NCBI GenBank assembly: GCA_964016885.1
Contig: OZ024740.1
Location: 341,000,001 to 341,064,000 of the forward strand
Source: Eledone cirrhosa
Lineage: Eukaryota
Length of the DNA stretch: 64,000 bases
Direction of reading: 5' to 3'
Shown here: piece after piece, positions 52,351 through 64,000 of the stretch
How positions within the stretch are numbered: position 1 is the first letter of the stretch
Layout of the letters: each line of letters opens with the position of its first letter
The notes under the pieces: generated by a model
What the model saw: the letters and a program-made list of their open reading frames with translations, nothing else
Database searches by the model: none
What the model was told of the DNA's origin: nothing
Translations under genes and position numbers: made by a program

Positions 52351-52659
52351 TCCTAAATTTATAAATTTATTATAATAAATTGAAGTGCAAGCAACTGGTG
52401 CATGTGTTTCTTATTGGCAACATGACCCTCCCAAAGTATAACAATATATATATATATATATTCATTTATTTGGGTTTGTTGGTTCACCACTGGATAGAAC
52501 TGGTCATTCAGTGTGGTCAGCCACGATGTAATGTTATGGAAAGCACTCAACGTAATGCAACCACCCGTCTTTGTTGTGTAGTTGGTGGTGCGAGTATGGA
52601 GTTAATTATTACAAAATAACAGGAGGCATGTTCTGGTGTAAATCCTTGAAAGGTTTATT

Positions 52660-52717
52660 TTACTATGATCATTTCAATGACCGGGTTCAGTATGAATCCG
52701 GTGACATCATCAGGTAA
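52660..52717 (-). ncRNA. Minimal hammerhead motif, mirror copy (left arm)
   Basis: Exact reverse complement of 52940-52997. Confidence 0.65.
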
Positions 52718-52939
52718 TTCAAAATATAACAAAGGAATATATCAGATAAAAATCCTTGGTGTTTAAATCAGAGACAAGAGGGTGGCTGGTATTTTAGCGA
52801 CTTGTATCTGCGTCGACCGCCATCGGGGGCCTTGAGGGGGTCGACGCAGATACAAGTCGCTAAAATACCAGCCACCCTCTTGTCTCTGATTTAAACACCA
52901 AGGATTTTTATCTGATATATTCCTTCGTTATATTTTGAA

Positions 52940-52997
52940 TTACCTGATGATGTCACCGGATTCATACTGAACCCGGTCATTGAAATGATCATAGTAA
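52940..52997 (+). ncRNA. Minimal type I hammerhead ribozyme motif (right arm)
   Basis: TTAC-CTGATGA-stem II(ACCGG/TTCA-tac-TGAA/CCGGT)-GAAA-TGATCA-TA-GTAA, followed by AATAAA at 52998. Confidence 0.65.
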
Positions 52998-53298
52998 AAT
53001 AAACCTTTCAAGGATTTACACCAGAACATGTCTCCTGTTATTTTGTAATATATATATATATATATATATATAAGAGAAAACTTCTTTACATATTTATTTT
53101 AAAAACTATATAAGTTTTAAATGTATGTTAGAATCGTAAAAATGCACACATCCAAAATATATATACATATATGGGAAGGTGCATGGCTTAAGTGGTTTCA
53201 ATGTTTGGTTCATGATCTTAAGGTTGTGAGTTTGATTTCCAGCACCACATTTTGTCTTTGAGTAAAGCACTTTATTTCATGTTGCTTCAGTTTACTCT

Positions 53299-54085
53299 CA
53301 TCATCATCATTATCATCATCACTGTTTTACGTCCATTCTTCCACACTAGCATGGGTTGTCCTATTGTGGGCAATGCCAAGTTGGGTGACCTTGTCTTGCT
53401 CATACGGGAACTGATTTTGGCTTTATTTCTACAGCTGGATGTCCTTCCTAACACCAACCTCATTTACAGTGAGTACTGGGTGCTTTTTTACTGTGGCGCC
53501 TACACGGCCACTTTACAGTGTGGGCTGGGTGCTTTGTCGTGACACCTCCGTGACCACTTTGCAGTGGGAGGGGGTGGAGGCATATTGTCTTAATGCTTCA
53601 GCTTTGACTTGTACCCGTGGGAAGTCAGGTCTTCTGTATTACTGCATGATGCCAGGGGTCACAGTCATGTGTCATCACCTTTGAGAGGTGCAATTGGGTA
53701 AGGTCGGCTTTTATCACCTCATTCCAGGTCTTTGGGTCTCCCCACTCCAAGGCTTCCATCGACTTTTAGTGCTTTGCACCTTTTTATGCAGCTGTCATCC
53801 TTCATACGCATCACATGTCCATACCAACACAACCTCCTCTCCTGCACACAGTATTTGATTCATCTTATGCTCTGTCTCTCAACTCATTTATTGCCTTTCG
53901 TGTATTATTACACATCCATCGGAGCATGCAAGCTTCATTTCTTTCTAATCTACGCAAGTCTTCTACACGCAGTGCCCAGGTCTCACTACCATGTAACAAT
54001 GCTGTATGCACACATCATACAGTCTGCCTTTCAATTTGAGGGAAAAGCCTCTTGCATCTAGCAGTGGTAGTAGCTCCCTGAACTT
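53299..54085 (-). mobile_element. RTE LINE 5'-truncated copy
   Basis: Same subfamily as 36159-36868; (GAT)n tail at 53299-53320. Confidence 0.85.
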
Positions 54086-54773
54086 CTTTACTATTATATT
54101 TTCATGGTAAAGACTTTACCTAGCATAATTATCTCACATAATATCGAATCTATGAGATTTTGATATTATCCATTTTGAGAACAATACCTTAACATCAGTA
54201 TGAGTAGCAAGTTACAGCCAGTTCGAACAGAAAGAGGTGAGAGAATTCTGGCCAGATATGGCCGGTTTAAATGCTAAAGGGTTAAGCATATATGTGTCAG
54301 TGGAATGCTCAGCCACTTGCACATTGGGCTCTTTCAAGCAGGCTATTTCATAGATCGTATTAACTGGAACACTTGTCATGGAAAACGATGGAGGGTCAAC
54401 CTATATAAATATATAAATATAAGCACTTATACATACATACATATATGTGTGTACATATGTATGTTTGTGTATCTTAAAATTTATCTCGATAGTGTGTGAG
54501 TGAGAATGGAGTATAATGATAGTTCAAGTAGATGCTTATGATTGTCATGGACAATCCTAACAGCACAGTTTGACAAAGTGAAATATTACTGCTCCCGAAT
54601 CCATCAATGAAAACTCTTGATATCTGTGACAGTTCAGTAAGAATAGGGCTATCGTATTTGACTCATATAAACCATCTACTCCACCACTACCATCAAACAA
54701 TAACGATTTCAATCTGAAGAACAATGTAGTAGTTAAAAACAAGCTGACAAATCTCCTGCCACCCCATCCCACC

Positions 54774-54815
<42 letters not shown>

Positions 54816-55844
54816 GAAACACTCCCCAATTTGTTATCTGTGGAAACACTGTGCTGCAAAGTTGCTAAACCCGGAAGAGCATCCACGTAATTCTATTAGT
54901 CAGGATGCAAATATTTTACGAATATGACACAAATCCTGTTATTATTATTAAAGAGGAATGACAGAGCAGTAGCAATCATCTACAGAGTGTTTTGTAGTTG
55001 TTATTTCGATAAAATAAAGTACCAGTAATGCACTGGGTAATTGCTGGCCTTGTGCCAAAAAGTAGAAACAGTTATTATTATTATTGTTGTTTAACCTCAG
55101 GTCAGTCCTGATTGAGCAAGCCTCTCATCAAAGACAGTCAAGCCAAGTCATTCCATTTATTTTCAGACATAAGCGTACCTCAGACCACATTATTTAATGT
55201 GTCCTGCTTTTTTTGTTTTTTTTTATGATAGCAGGATGTGATTTGAGAGTGACTTGGCTGCCATTTTCAAGTAGATCAAGCATAAAACATAGAGGATTCT
55301 TTGTTGGCTCGTAAGCAATGTGTTGTTTAAAATGCCGAGCACCTCCTCATAAATAAGTGTCTTCTTTTGATCTGATAAAAAATAGAATAAATTTCTAAGC
55401 TGCTATTGACAAATATAACTTCTGAAAAAACATCAAATCTCTATGTTATGAAGTATTATCACAAATATTCTCATGCTTACTAATTATAAAATATTCTTCA
55501 ATCATTTTTTTCTGCATTTGTTTTTTCTGTCATTAGTCTGAGTTTTTATTCTGCTGAGGTCAAATTTATCTTTTATCCTTTCGGTGTTGATAAAATAAAG
55601 TACCAGTCCAGGGCAGTTACTTGGCAGGACTGTTAGCATATCAGACAAAATGCCTTACAGTATTTGTTCTAACCCTTTGTATTCTGAGTTCAAATCCCAC
55701 CATAGCCTATTTCAAATCTCACTGAGGCCTACATCATCCAGTCTAGGACCACCATCTAGCTCTCAGGTGCCTCTAACAGAGTCCACTCTGTTACAAACAG
55801 TTGGACCAAGTCTCTGGTTTAAGGATACCTTCTCCTTTCCTTCA

Positions 55845-56430
55845 TGGAGGCCCTGAAAAAAGGCATGAGTACCGCATGCAGAAATTCAATAAGGTGCACA
55901 CAATGTGAATTATGGACTCACACGAGATGTAATGGGATAGCAGGTAGGTTAGCAGAAAAGATAGACTTTATATGTGGCAGATGCACAGGAGAAGTGAGTA
56001 CAAAAAGTACATGTGAAATGGATTCCTTCAATTGTCAACGGAGCTCCCTAGAAGTCTTTAACAGCTTTTGCTACCTAGGCAATCAAATTAGTAGTGGGGG
56101 GAGAATGTGCTGAAAGTGTGATAGCTGGGATAAGAACAGACTGGAAGGAGTCTAGAGAATTGTTACTGCTGCTGACAACAAAATGCTTCTCTCTCAGAGT
56201 GAAGGGTAGACTATGATGTCTGTGTGCGAACTGCAATGCTACATGGCAGTGAAACATGGGCTTTAACTGCAGATAAAGAAATGCAGAAAAACCTCAGTGG
56301 CTGGGACTCAAGAAAGAGGAAGACATAGTATAAGGTTGTGAAGACCGACCCTAAAAAAATAAACCTCATAACAGAAATGACTAAGGATCGTGAGGGCTGG
56401 CGCTATGCTGTGCTGAAGAAGACCTGACCT
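55845..56430 (+). mobile_element. Decayed RTE LINE fragment (older subfamily)
   Basis: NSIRCTQCELWTHTRCNGI..FICGRC..FCYLGNQISSGG, homologous to 62250-62480(-). Confidence 0.8.
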
Positions 56431-59400
56431 ACAGCATACAATGCGACCTGACATATCTCCATGTCCCCACTTCCACTAGCACCCATAACAGCTATTCTCT
56501 ACACCACCCTCAACACACACACTCACATTCCCTCTCCCCAGCATTCACTCCTAGCTGCTGTCCCCTTATAAGTTTTTATGACTCCCTCACTATCATACTC
56601 TAGTAGCCACTCTCATCATACTTACGCATGTCTCCTCCACTAACACTCCTTAACAGCTATCCTCACCATCACTACATGCTCCCTCCTGTATTCATCTCTT
56701 AGCTGCTGTCTTCCCCCTACCTTAAAACCCTTAGATACCCTCATTATCACACCCTAGTAGCTACTCCCTGCACCCCACCCATGCCCCCTCCAATATCACA
56801 CCATAGTTATTCCCTCCATAATTGCACTTACCATTTTCAGCACTGAGTGTTCTCATCTCCATGAGAGAGAGAGAGAACACTAAAGGGGGTGAGAGGACCC
56901 TTCAGTCGTGCTATGGTATGGCAACCTCTCTAGTGTTGGTGACCTATACTATAAATGCACCCAGTACATGCTGTAAGGTGGTTGATGATAGGAAGGGCAT
57001 CCAGCCATAGAAAGCTTGCCAAAAAAAAGGTTTAGAGGACCCTCAGTTGTGTCAAAGACATTACTTCTCTTGTGTACTCGGTAGAATGTGAGATTGTACA
57101 TAAGCAAGATGCAGATCCCTTGCCAGTCTGGGAGGTCAGTAACCCCACTTCAGTACTAACTTAGTCTATGTAGACCCAGCCAACTCTTGCTAGCTGGGAA
57201 AGCAGACATTAAAACAATGCTGATGTTGATTTCATTACTAAAATTGTATTTGCAACATAACTTAACAAGAGGTTTTCATATAAAATTAGGTCAGAAGATT
57301 TTAATTTAGATGGAAACCCTTTACAATGAGGGATTTTGTTTCATATAATCAGAGGTGGTTTTGGGTGACTTGGTATCTAAAAGGTTTATTGTAATGCCAG
57401 CCCAGGACAGGTGAGATGAAAATATTGCTGTTTAGTTCAATTCTCTCATCACTTCAGCCACAATCTCTCAATATCTTCTTTATGTAATCACCATGGTCAC
57501 TACATCCACTCATTAGTCAATACTTCTACTGTGTGGCCATATCTCTTTAAGATCAATATCTAGAATGTTTTATCATGTTCAGTTACTGCAACTCCACATT
57601 ATTATGTTGCTGAAGCTGTCATTTCAGGTTAAGGTACTGCTGTGACTACAGTCATCATTCTATTGTCAATGTTATAACATTATCTATGAAGGTGCATGCG
57701 GCTTAGTGGTTAAGTTGTTTGGCTCATGATTGTAAGGTCATCATTTTGATTCCTGGTGGCATGTTGTGTTCGTGAGCAAACCACTTTGTTTTCATTGCTC
57801 CAGTCCACTCAGCTGGAAAAAAATGAGTTGTAGTTGTAATTCAAAGGACCAGCCTTGTATCATGCTGAATCTTCCTGAGAACTACATTAAGGGTACACAT
57901 ATCTGTATCATGCTCAGCTACAAACACATTAATTTCATGAGCAGGCTGTGTGCACTACATAGAAATTACTATGCATTCTTCTTTACAAGAATCAGTTCAA
58001 TACCGTCCCTTTCCCCATCCCTCTCTCTTTACCTTTCCCCTTCCACTTCCCCATCACCTTCATGTTCATCTTTACCTCTTCCTTCACCTTTACCTTCCCA
58101 GGAGGTTCCAGGGGGCTATATTTCTTGAGAATAAGAATTGGGAGTTGTTTAGTAAGCTAGTAAGTGCACACTATAATAATTTTTCCTCACTCTCACTAAT
58201 TCCAGTTTAGTTATCCTGCGAACCCTGTTGGCCTTTCGGATTTCTCTAACTAAGTGCTCTGATCCTAATGTTCAACTCTTTTTCCTAATGGCATAACATT
58301 TAATATTTTGTTTGAATTACTTCTAATACTTTTTGCTCACATAAGACATCATTAGTATGCTTGGCTTCTACTATTTTACTAACACAGCAACAACAGCAAC
58401 ACTGAATAGTTAAGTTCACTTCACAATCATGAAGGACCATGTTTGATTCCATAATGTGGCATCTTAGACACATGTTTTTTACCACAACCTTGGATTGACC
58501 CAAATCTTGAGAATGAAATTGGATAGATAGAAATAGTGCAAAAGCCTGCCAGATGGAGTGTACTGGTAATTCAAAGGTCCAGTCTCGTCACACACTCCTT
58601 CACATTGATTCTTTCTGAAGATTATGTTAAGAGCACACATATATCTGGAATAGTCAGCCATTTATACACTAATTCAATGGGTAGATGTCCTGATGATCAA
58701 ACAACTGAATAGTCATCATTGAAACTGATAGAGATTCACTTACTAACAGAATCACAGTTGATCTTATTCAGTTTAGCATCCAATCTGTTCTTGTGTGTCT
58801 TCAACATTACATGGTGGCCATTCTGAAAACACATTGCAGTATTTTAGTGCAATATTTACATTTTATCCTGCTTCAGCATTTACAATATGTCCTTGAACAG
58901 ATTACATAACTTTTCACAGACTTGTAAAACTAATAATGGTCTACTTTCTGTCACTTCTAACAAATGTTCTGTGTAGATGATACCACTTTTCATTCCTGTT
59001 TAATGTTTTGTGCACAGCTATCATCCACACAGTACCTAGATACTTCATGACAGATATAATATACTACTAGTATGAATAGAGATGTCTGGAACATCCTCTA
59101 ATAGAGATATAAGAAGCTAGTCTCTTTCAACAACACAAAGATTCAACCACTGCTCATATCAGAGAAACAGTCATTTATGTCACTCTCTCTCTAGTCATGA
59201 TCTGCCTACAACATACTGTAGGTCTCATAATCTGTTATAATCTCTCATTAGGACACCCCATATATAAAATAGCCCAAACTACATCACAAAGACAAAGTTT
59301 CCTCTTTTGGCTCAATAAATACTTCAGACTTGATCACTTGTTCTATAAAGCTCAAGAAAGACCAATATTGAAAGGCAGTTCTTATATATGGGATGGTGCT

Positions 59401-61315
59401 GCTGTTATGCAAACAAATGTCTTAGATCCCACTTTAAAAGGAGGTCATCTATATGATTGACAAAGATCAACACATGAATACATTACAATCACTAACTTAT
59501 AGACCTATTGTTTCTTGTTTCTGCTTCATCTACACAATTACAACATTTGTATATCACCTACTTACAATCCCATCCAATGTATTGTCTATTTCCTTTACTA
59601 TGTCATCTTTCCAAGGCCCCACATTACACCTATTGTTCAATCCTTCTTCCATAGAACAATGACCTTCTGTAATTTCTTCCCTATCCACATTATTCCTGCA
59701 TACTTTGACATATTATTGTTCTAATAGAACATCAACCCTATTAGCCCTCTAGCATTTAAACTGACTGTATCTAAACCCATGCTAGCGTGGAAGATAGATG
59801 TTAAACGATGATGATGTATCCGGCCAGAATTCTCCTACCCTTTCTGTTCAAATAACTGGCTACTCATACCAAGGTTAAGATATTGTTCTCAAAATAAATA
59901 ATATCAAAATCTCATAGATTCAATATTATATGAGATAATTATGAGAGTTAAAGACTTTACCGTAAAAATTCAATAGTAATTATAAAGTAATGGAAATGCT
60001 AAAGGATTAATCCCCGCTGTCCGAGGGAGCCTTCATAGAGGATATGCACTTCTCCACATAAAAACAGGAAAGAAATAATTGCTATTGTGAAAGTGTGGGT
60101 TATCTTTGTAATTGGTATCATCAAAAAAATACATTTGATGAAGAAATTATATCAGACAGTGAGTTCAATAGCTAAGATGAACATACTTCTAAGTATAACT
60201 TGTACCTGTGTTAGAATTTATCCAGGATAGGTTGAACCAACTTTAGTCAGAGAATCTACAATATTGCAAACAGAGGCCACCCAAGCATGGTGATCACAAG
60301 CATAAGACAGTCTCAATTTCAATGGTGTTGCTATATATGTGAGAATCAGACATAAGCTTGAGAACTAATTTGATTGTGCACGGACCCAAACATACTTCAA
60401 GTAGCCACCTCTTAACCACTTAATCCACTATACCCCTTCCAGATATCCCCACACACCTACACCACCCTCCCACTTCTGTCCACACCACCCTTGCACTGTA
60501 AGGTTATGTTGGTATCACAAAAACATCCAGCCCACACTGTAAAGTGGTCCTGTAGGTGTCACAACAAAAAGCACCCAATCCACTGTAAATGAGGTTGGCG
60601 TTAGGAAGGGCATAGAAACCTAGCCAGAAACGGTCCTATATGAGCAAGACAGTTGCATGACCAGCTTGCCTCTAATGGGACAAACTGTCTAACCCATGCT
60701 AGCGTGGGAAATGGACGTTAAACAATGATGATGAAATGCATGTTTTCAGTTGTCCACTTGGCCGTATCCTCTATCCTGGAAGGGCTTTGGCATAACTTCA
60801 TTGTGGACAAGTTCAAATTATAATACAACAACCAAACTATACAACAGATAATGATATTCAAACTATGCTATATTCTTCTTCATTTGGAAAGTACTAACAA
60901 TAAATAAATTTCTAAGCAACATACAGACATTCTTCAGACAAGTTCTGATTAATTGTTTAATACTTCATATAAGACACAGGTGTTTCCTGTCTAAAACTAC
61001 AAACTGTATTAAGATAAACCTTCTCTACCAGACACTGTTTCACTCTCATTGCTTACTATTTTACCACAGTTCAAGCTTTCTTCTCTGACACAATCATCAA
61101 AACATTCTAAATAAATATTTCTGTCTCTAAAAAATAACAAAAAATAATGCTCCAGCTATTTGTTTTCTGAGTTCTTGAGTGGTAGATTAAATCCATCACC
61201 CAGTGTAACACCACCAACTGGTCTTTGGGTGCCTTTAGCAGAGTTCACTCTTTTGTAAGTATTTATACCTGGCAGTGTTGTGCCAAACACATACTCCCTC
61301 CTCCATATATATATA

Positions 61316-64000
61316 TCATCATCATCATCATCATCAACGTTTAACGTCCGTGTTCCACGCTTGCATGGATTTGGACGGGGGTAGTCCCACTTGAGGCAAG
61401 AGTGATTGTCTTGCTCGCATAGGACTGTCTGGCAGGTTTTCTACAGTTGGATGCCCTTCCTAACACCAACCACATATACAGTGTGGGTCTGGGAGGTTTT
61501 TACCGTGTTGCCTACACGGCCACATTACAGCGTGGACTGTGTGTTTTTTTGTCGTGACACCTACACGATCTCATTTGTTTCGGCCTGGATGGCGCGGCAC
61601 CAACATAACTTTACATAGAACGGGGTGGTGTGGATGGGGTGGGGGTGGTGGTGGTGGGACGGGGTGTATTTTGTTAGAGATGCCTACTGGCTGGAGTAGG
61701 TTTTACTATATATTTAGGTAAGGCGGGTCTTCTCTGTTACTGAGTACCGCCAAAGGTCTCGGTCCAGTGACATTGTCTTGGAGAGGTGTAAGTGTGTGAT
61801 GTCGGAGTTTATCAGCTCGTCCCAGGTTTTTCTAGGTCTGCCTATTCCGTGACTACCGTCTATCTTTATTGCCCTGCACTTTGTTATACAGCTATCGACT
61901 TTCATGCTCATCACGTGTCCATACCAACGTAGCCTTCTCTCGAGTAAACAACATCTGATCCCTCTTATCTCTAATTTTTTCCTTAGTTCGTTTATGCTTT
62001 GCTGTTCACGTATATTACTGTTACACATCCAGCGGAGCATGCAAGCTTCATTCCTCTCTAGTCTGCGTATATCCTCTGCACACAATGCCCAGGTCTCACT
62101 GCCATGCAGCATTGCTGTTCGTATGCAGGCATCGTACAACCTGCCTTTCATTTTTAGGGAGAACCCTTTAGCAGCTAATAGTGGTATAAGCTCTCTGAAC
62201 TTTTTCCAACCAGTTCTGACTCTAGCTACAGTACCTTCAGAGCACCCTCCCCCACTGCTGATTTTATCGCCCAGGTAACGGAAGCTGTCCACTATTTCTA
62301 TAGAACCCTCTGCGCAATTGAAAGAGCTAGTATTTTGTGGGCACTTGCTGCTTCTTATTGCACCAGAACACCGGCCACATGTAAAATCTATGTTCTTAGT
62401 TAGCTTACCTGTGATCCCACTACATCTTTTATGCACCCATACTTTGCATTTAGGACATAAAATGGAGTTTCTACCTACGCCTTACCTACACACCGAGCAC
62501 GACCATTTCCCAGAAGGGATCGCCGCCTTGTTTTCTTTCCTACAAACTAGAACTTTGGTCTTAGCCAGGTTAATTTTAAGTCCTTTTGACTCTAGGCCGT
62601 GCTTCCATGTTTGGAATTTCTTCTCTAGCTCGGCCATTGATTCCGCTATGAGTGTCAGGTCGTCTGCGTATAGGAGTTCCCATGGGCAGCCTGTCTTGAA
62701 CTCCTCTGTTATAGCCTGAAGGGCAATAATAAATAGTAGGGGGCTGAGAACAGAGCCCTGATGGACGCCAACTTTTACGCTAAACTCTTCACTATATTCA
62801 TTGTTAATTCTAACCTTGCTGACTGTTTCTTTATACATGGCTTGTATAGCCCTCACAAGCCATTCGTCAACGCCTAGTTTTCTAAGAGCCCACCAGATAA
62901 TGGAGCGGGGGATTCTGTCGAAGGCTTTCTCCAAGTCGACAAAAGCTAAGTAGAGGGGTTTACCTTTAGCTAGGTACTTCTCCTGTAGTTGTCGTACTAT
63001 GAAAAGAGCGTCTGTGGTACTTTTGCCTGACACAAACCCGAACTGCATTTCATCTAGGTCGATTCTCTCTCTGATTAGTTGCGCTATTACTTTTTCCGTG
63101 ACCTTCATGACCTGGTCGATTAATTTAATGCCTCTATAGTTACTCCTATCTAGGGCGTCTCCTTTACCCTTATAACAGTTAACGATGATGCTGCTATGCC
63201 AGTCCTTCGGAACAACCCCATTCTGTACGACTTGGTTAACTATGCGGGTGACCATGGTGTGTCCCACCGTGCCAGATGCCTTCAGCATCTCAGCAACTAT
63301 TTCCGAAGGCCCAGCCGCCTTACCCGTCTTCATATCTTTGATTGCCTTACTTATTATACTCCCCTCGACTAACACTGCTGGTCCCTCTATTGGGTCGATA
63401 TGGGGGAGACTGTCTTTCTCCCATTTATTCTCCTCATTTAGTAGCCTTTCATAGTGACACTTCCAAGCTACCTTCTTATCAGCGTCGGTGATGGCAAGTG
63501 TGCCATCGTCGTTTAGTACACACTTCTCCCCGACAATATCACGGTTTTCCTTGACGCATTGCCTAGCAATCCTGAACACCTCACGTTTTTGGTCATCGCG
63601 TTGTAGAACATGCTTGAACTTTCTTTCCTCAGCTTCCCTTCTTGCTAAGTACACTTGTCTCCTAGCTTCCCTCCTGGCCACTTGATAGTCTTCTCTACTT
63701 CCCCCATCCCGCCATACTTTCCAAGCCTGCTTTTTGGCCTTAATTGACCTCTCCACCTTACTGTTCCACCACCATGTTACTCTCCTCCTGCCTACAGGCC
63801 TGCTCCAGCCACAGACTTCGTCTGTCGCCAACAGCAGGTTTGCTTTCAGAAATTCCCACTCTCCCTCTATATTGTCCGACTCTAAATGCTCTTCCTTACT
63901 GTCGAAAGCATCAAGTAATATGCTTTGAAATTTATTCCTGGCTGTGGGGTCCTTTAGCTTCCATATTTTTCTCCTGAGGATAGTCCTCTTCTGCTGTCGA
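61316..64000 (-). mobile_element. Young RTE LINE running off the window
   Basis: (GAT)n tail at 61316-61335, then 3' UTR and an ORF from beyond 64000 to 61714. Confidence 0.95.
61714..64000 (-). pseudogene. RTE reverse transcriptase ORF with a single in-frame TAA (62482-62484)
   Basis: NYRGIKL, QFGF, FVDLEKAFD, GVHQGSVLSPLLF, LLYADD, FRYLG, RLRWYGHV; the 449-aa and 240-aa ORFs are in the same frame, which is open to the window edge. Confidence 0.92.

Larger units (their letters stand above)
52607..53050. repeat. 444-bp near-perfect palindrome (212-bp arms, 20-bp spacer, 2 mismatches)
   Basis: 52607-52818 is the reverse complement of 52839-53050; followed by (TA)n. Confidence 0.95.

Noticed and set aside
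52607-53050. Ordinary DNA-transposon MITE or miRNA precursor
   Set aside because: No recognisable TIR class or clear TSD; arms are too long and too perfect for a pre-miRNA; hammerhead plus AATAAA points to a Penelope-type origin. A TA-targeting MITE is not fully excluded.
58780-59720. Possible very old coding or retroelement remnant
   Set aside because: No convincing motif recoverable by eye; would need a profile-HMM search.

Overview
AT-rich, repeat-saturated animal genomic DNA. The repertoire of SINEs, RTE and MITEs looks like cephalopod (Octopus) sequence; that assignment is an inference. No host protein-coding gene, rRNA, true tRNA gene or CRISPR array can be supported. Main contents: (1) tRNA-derived SINE families, RTE/CR1/Tx1 LINE fragments, a mariner relic, and hAT- and piggyBac-like MITEs. 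(2) Two large trinucleotide-based satellites (10.7-12.2 kb and 26.5-35.3 kb) that generate spurious long ORFs. (3) A nested cluster at 37.3-47.9 kb: a short non-autonomous Helitron, a full-length decayed Ty3/gypsy element (5-bp TSD, GGGAAAC -1 frameshift signal), and a decayed Rep-Hel Helitron whose helicase is split by a 370-bp solo LTR. (4) A Penelope element with a degenerate hammerhead, next to a 444-bp near-perfect palindrome carrying a minimal hammerhead motif on each strand. (5) A young RTE LINE with a PHD-like finger inside ORF2, running off the right edge. The most unusual signal is the gypsy primer-binding position. It lacks the canonical TGG and is the exact complement of nt 1-12 at the 5' end of animal tRNA-Phe, suggesting a non-canonical priming mechanism.
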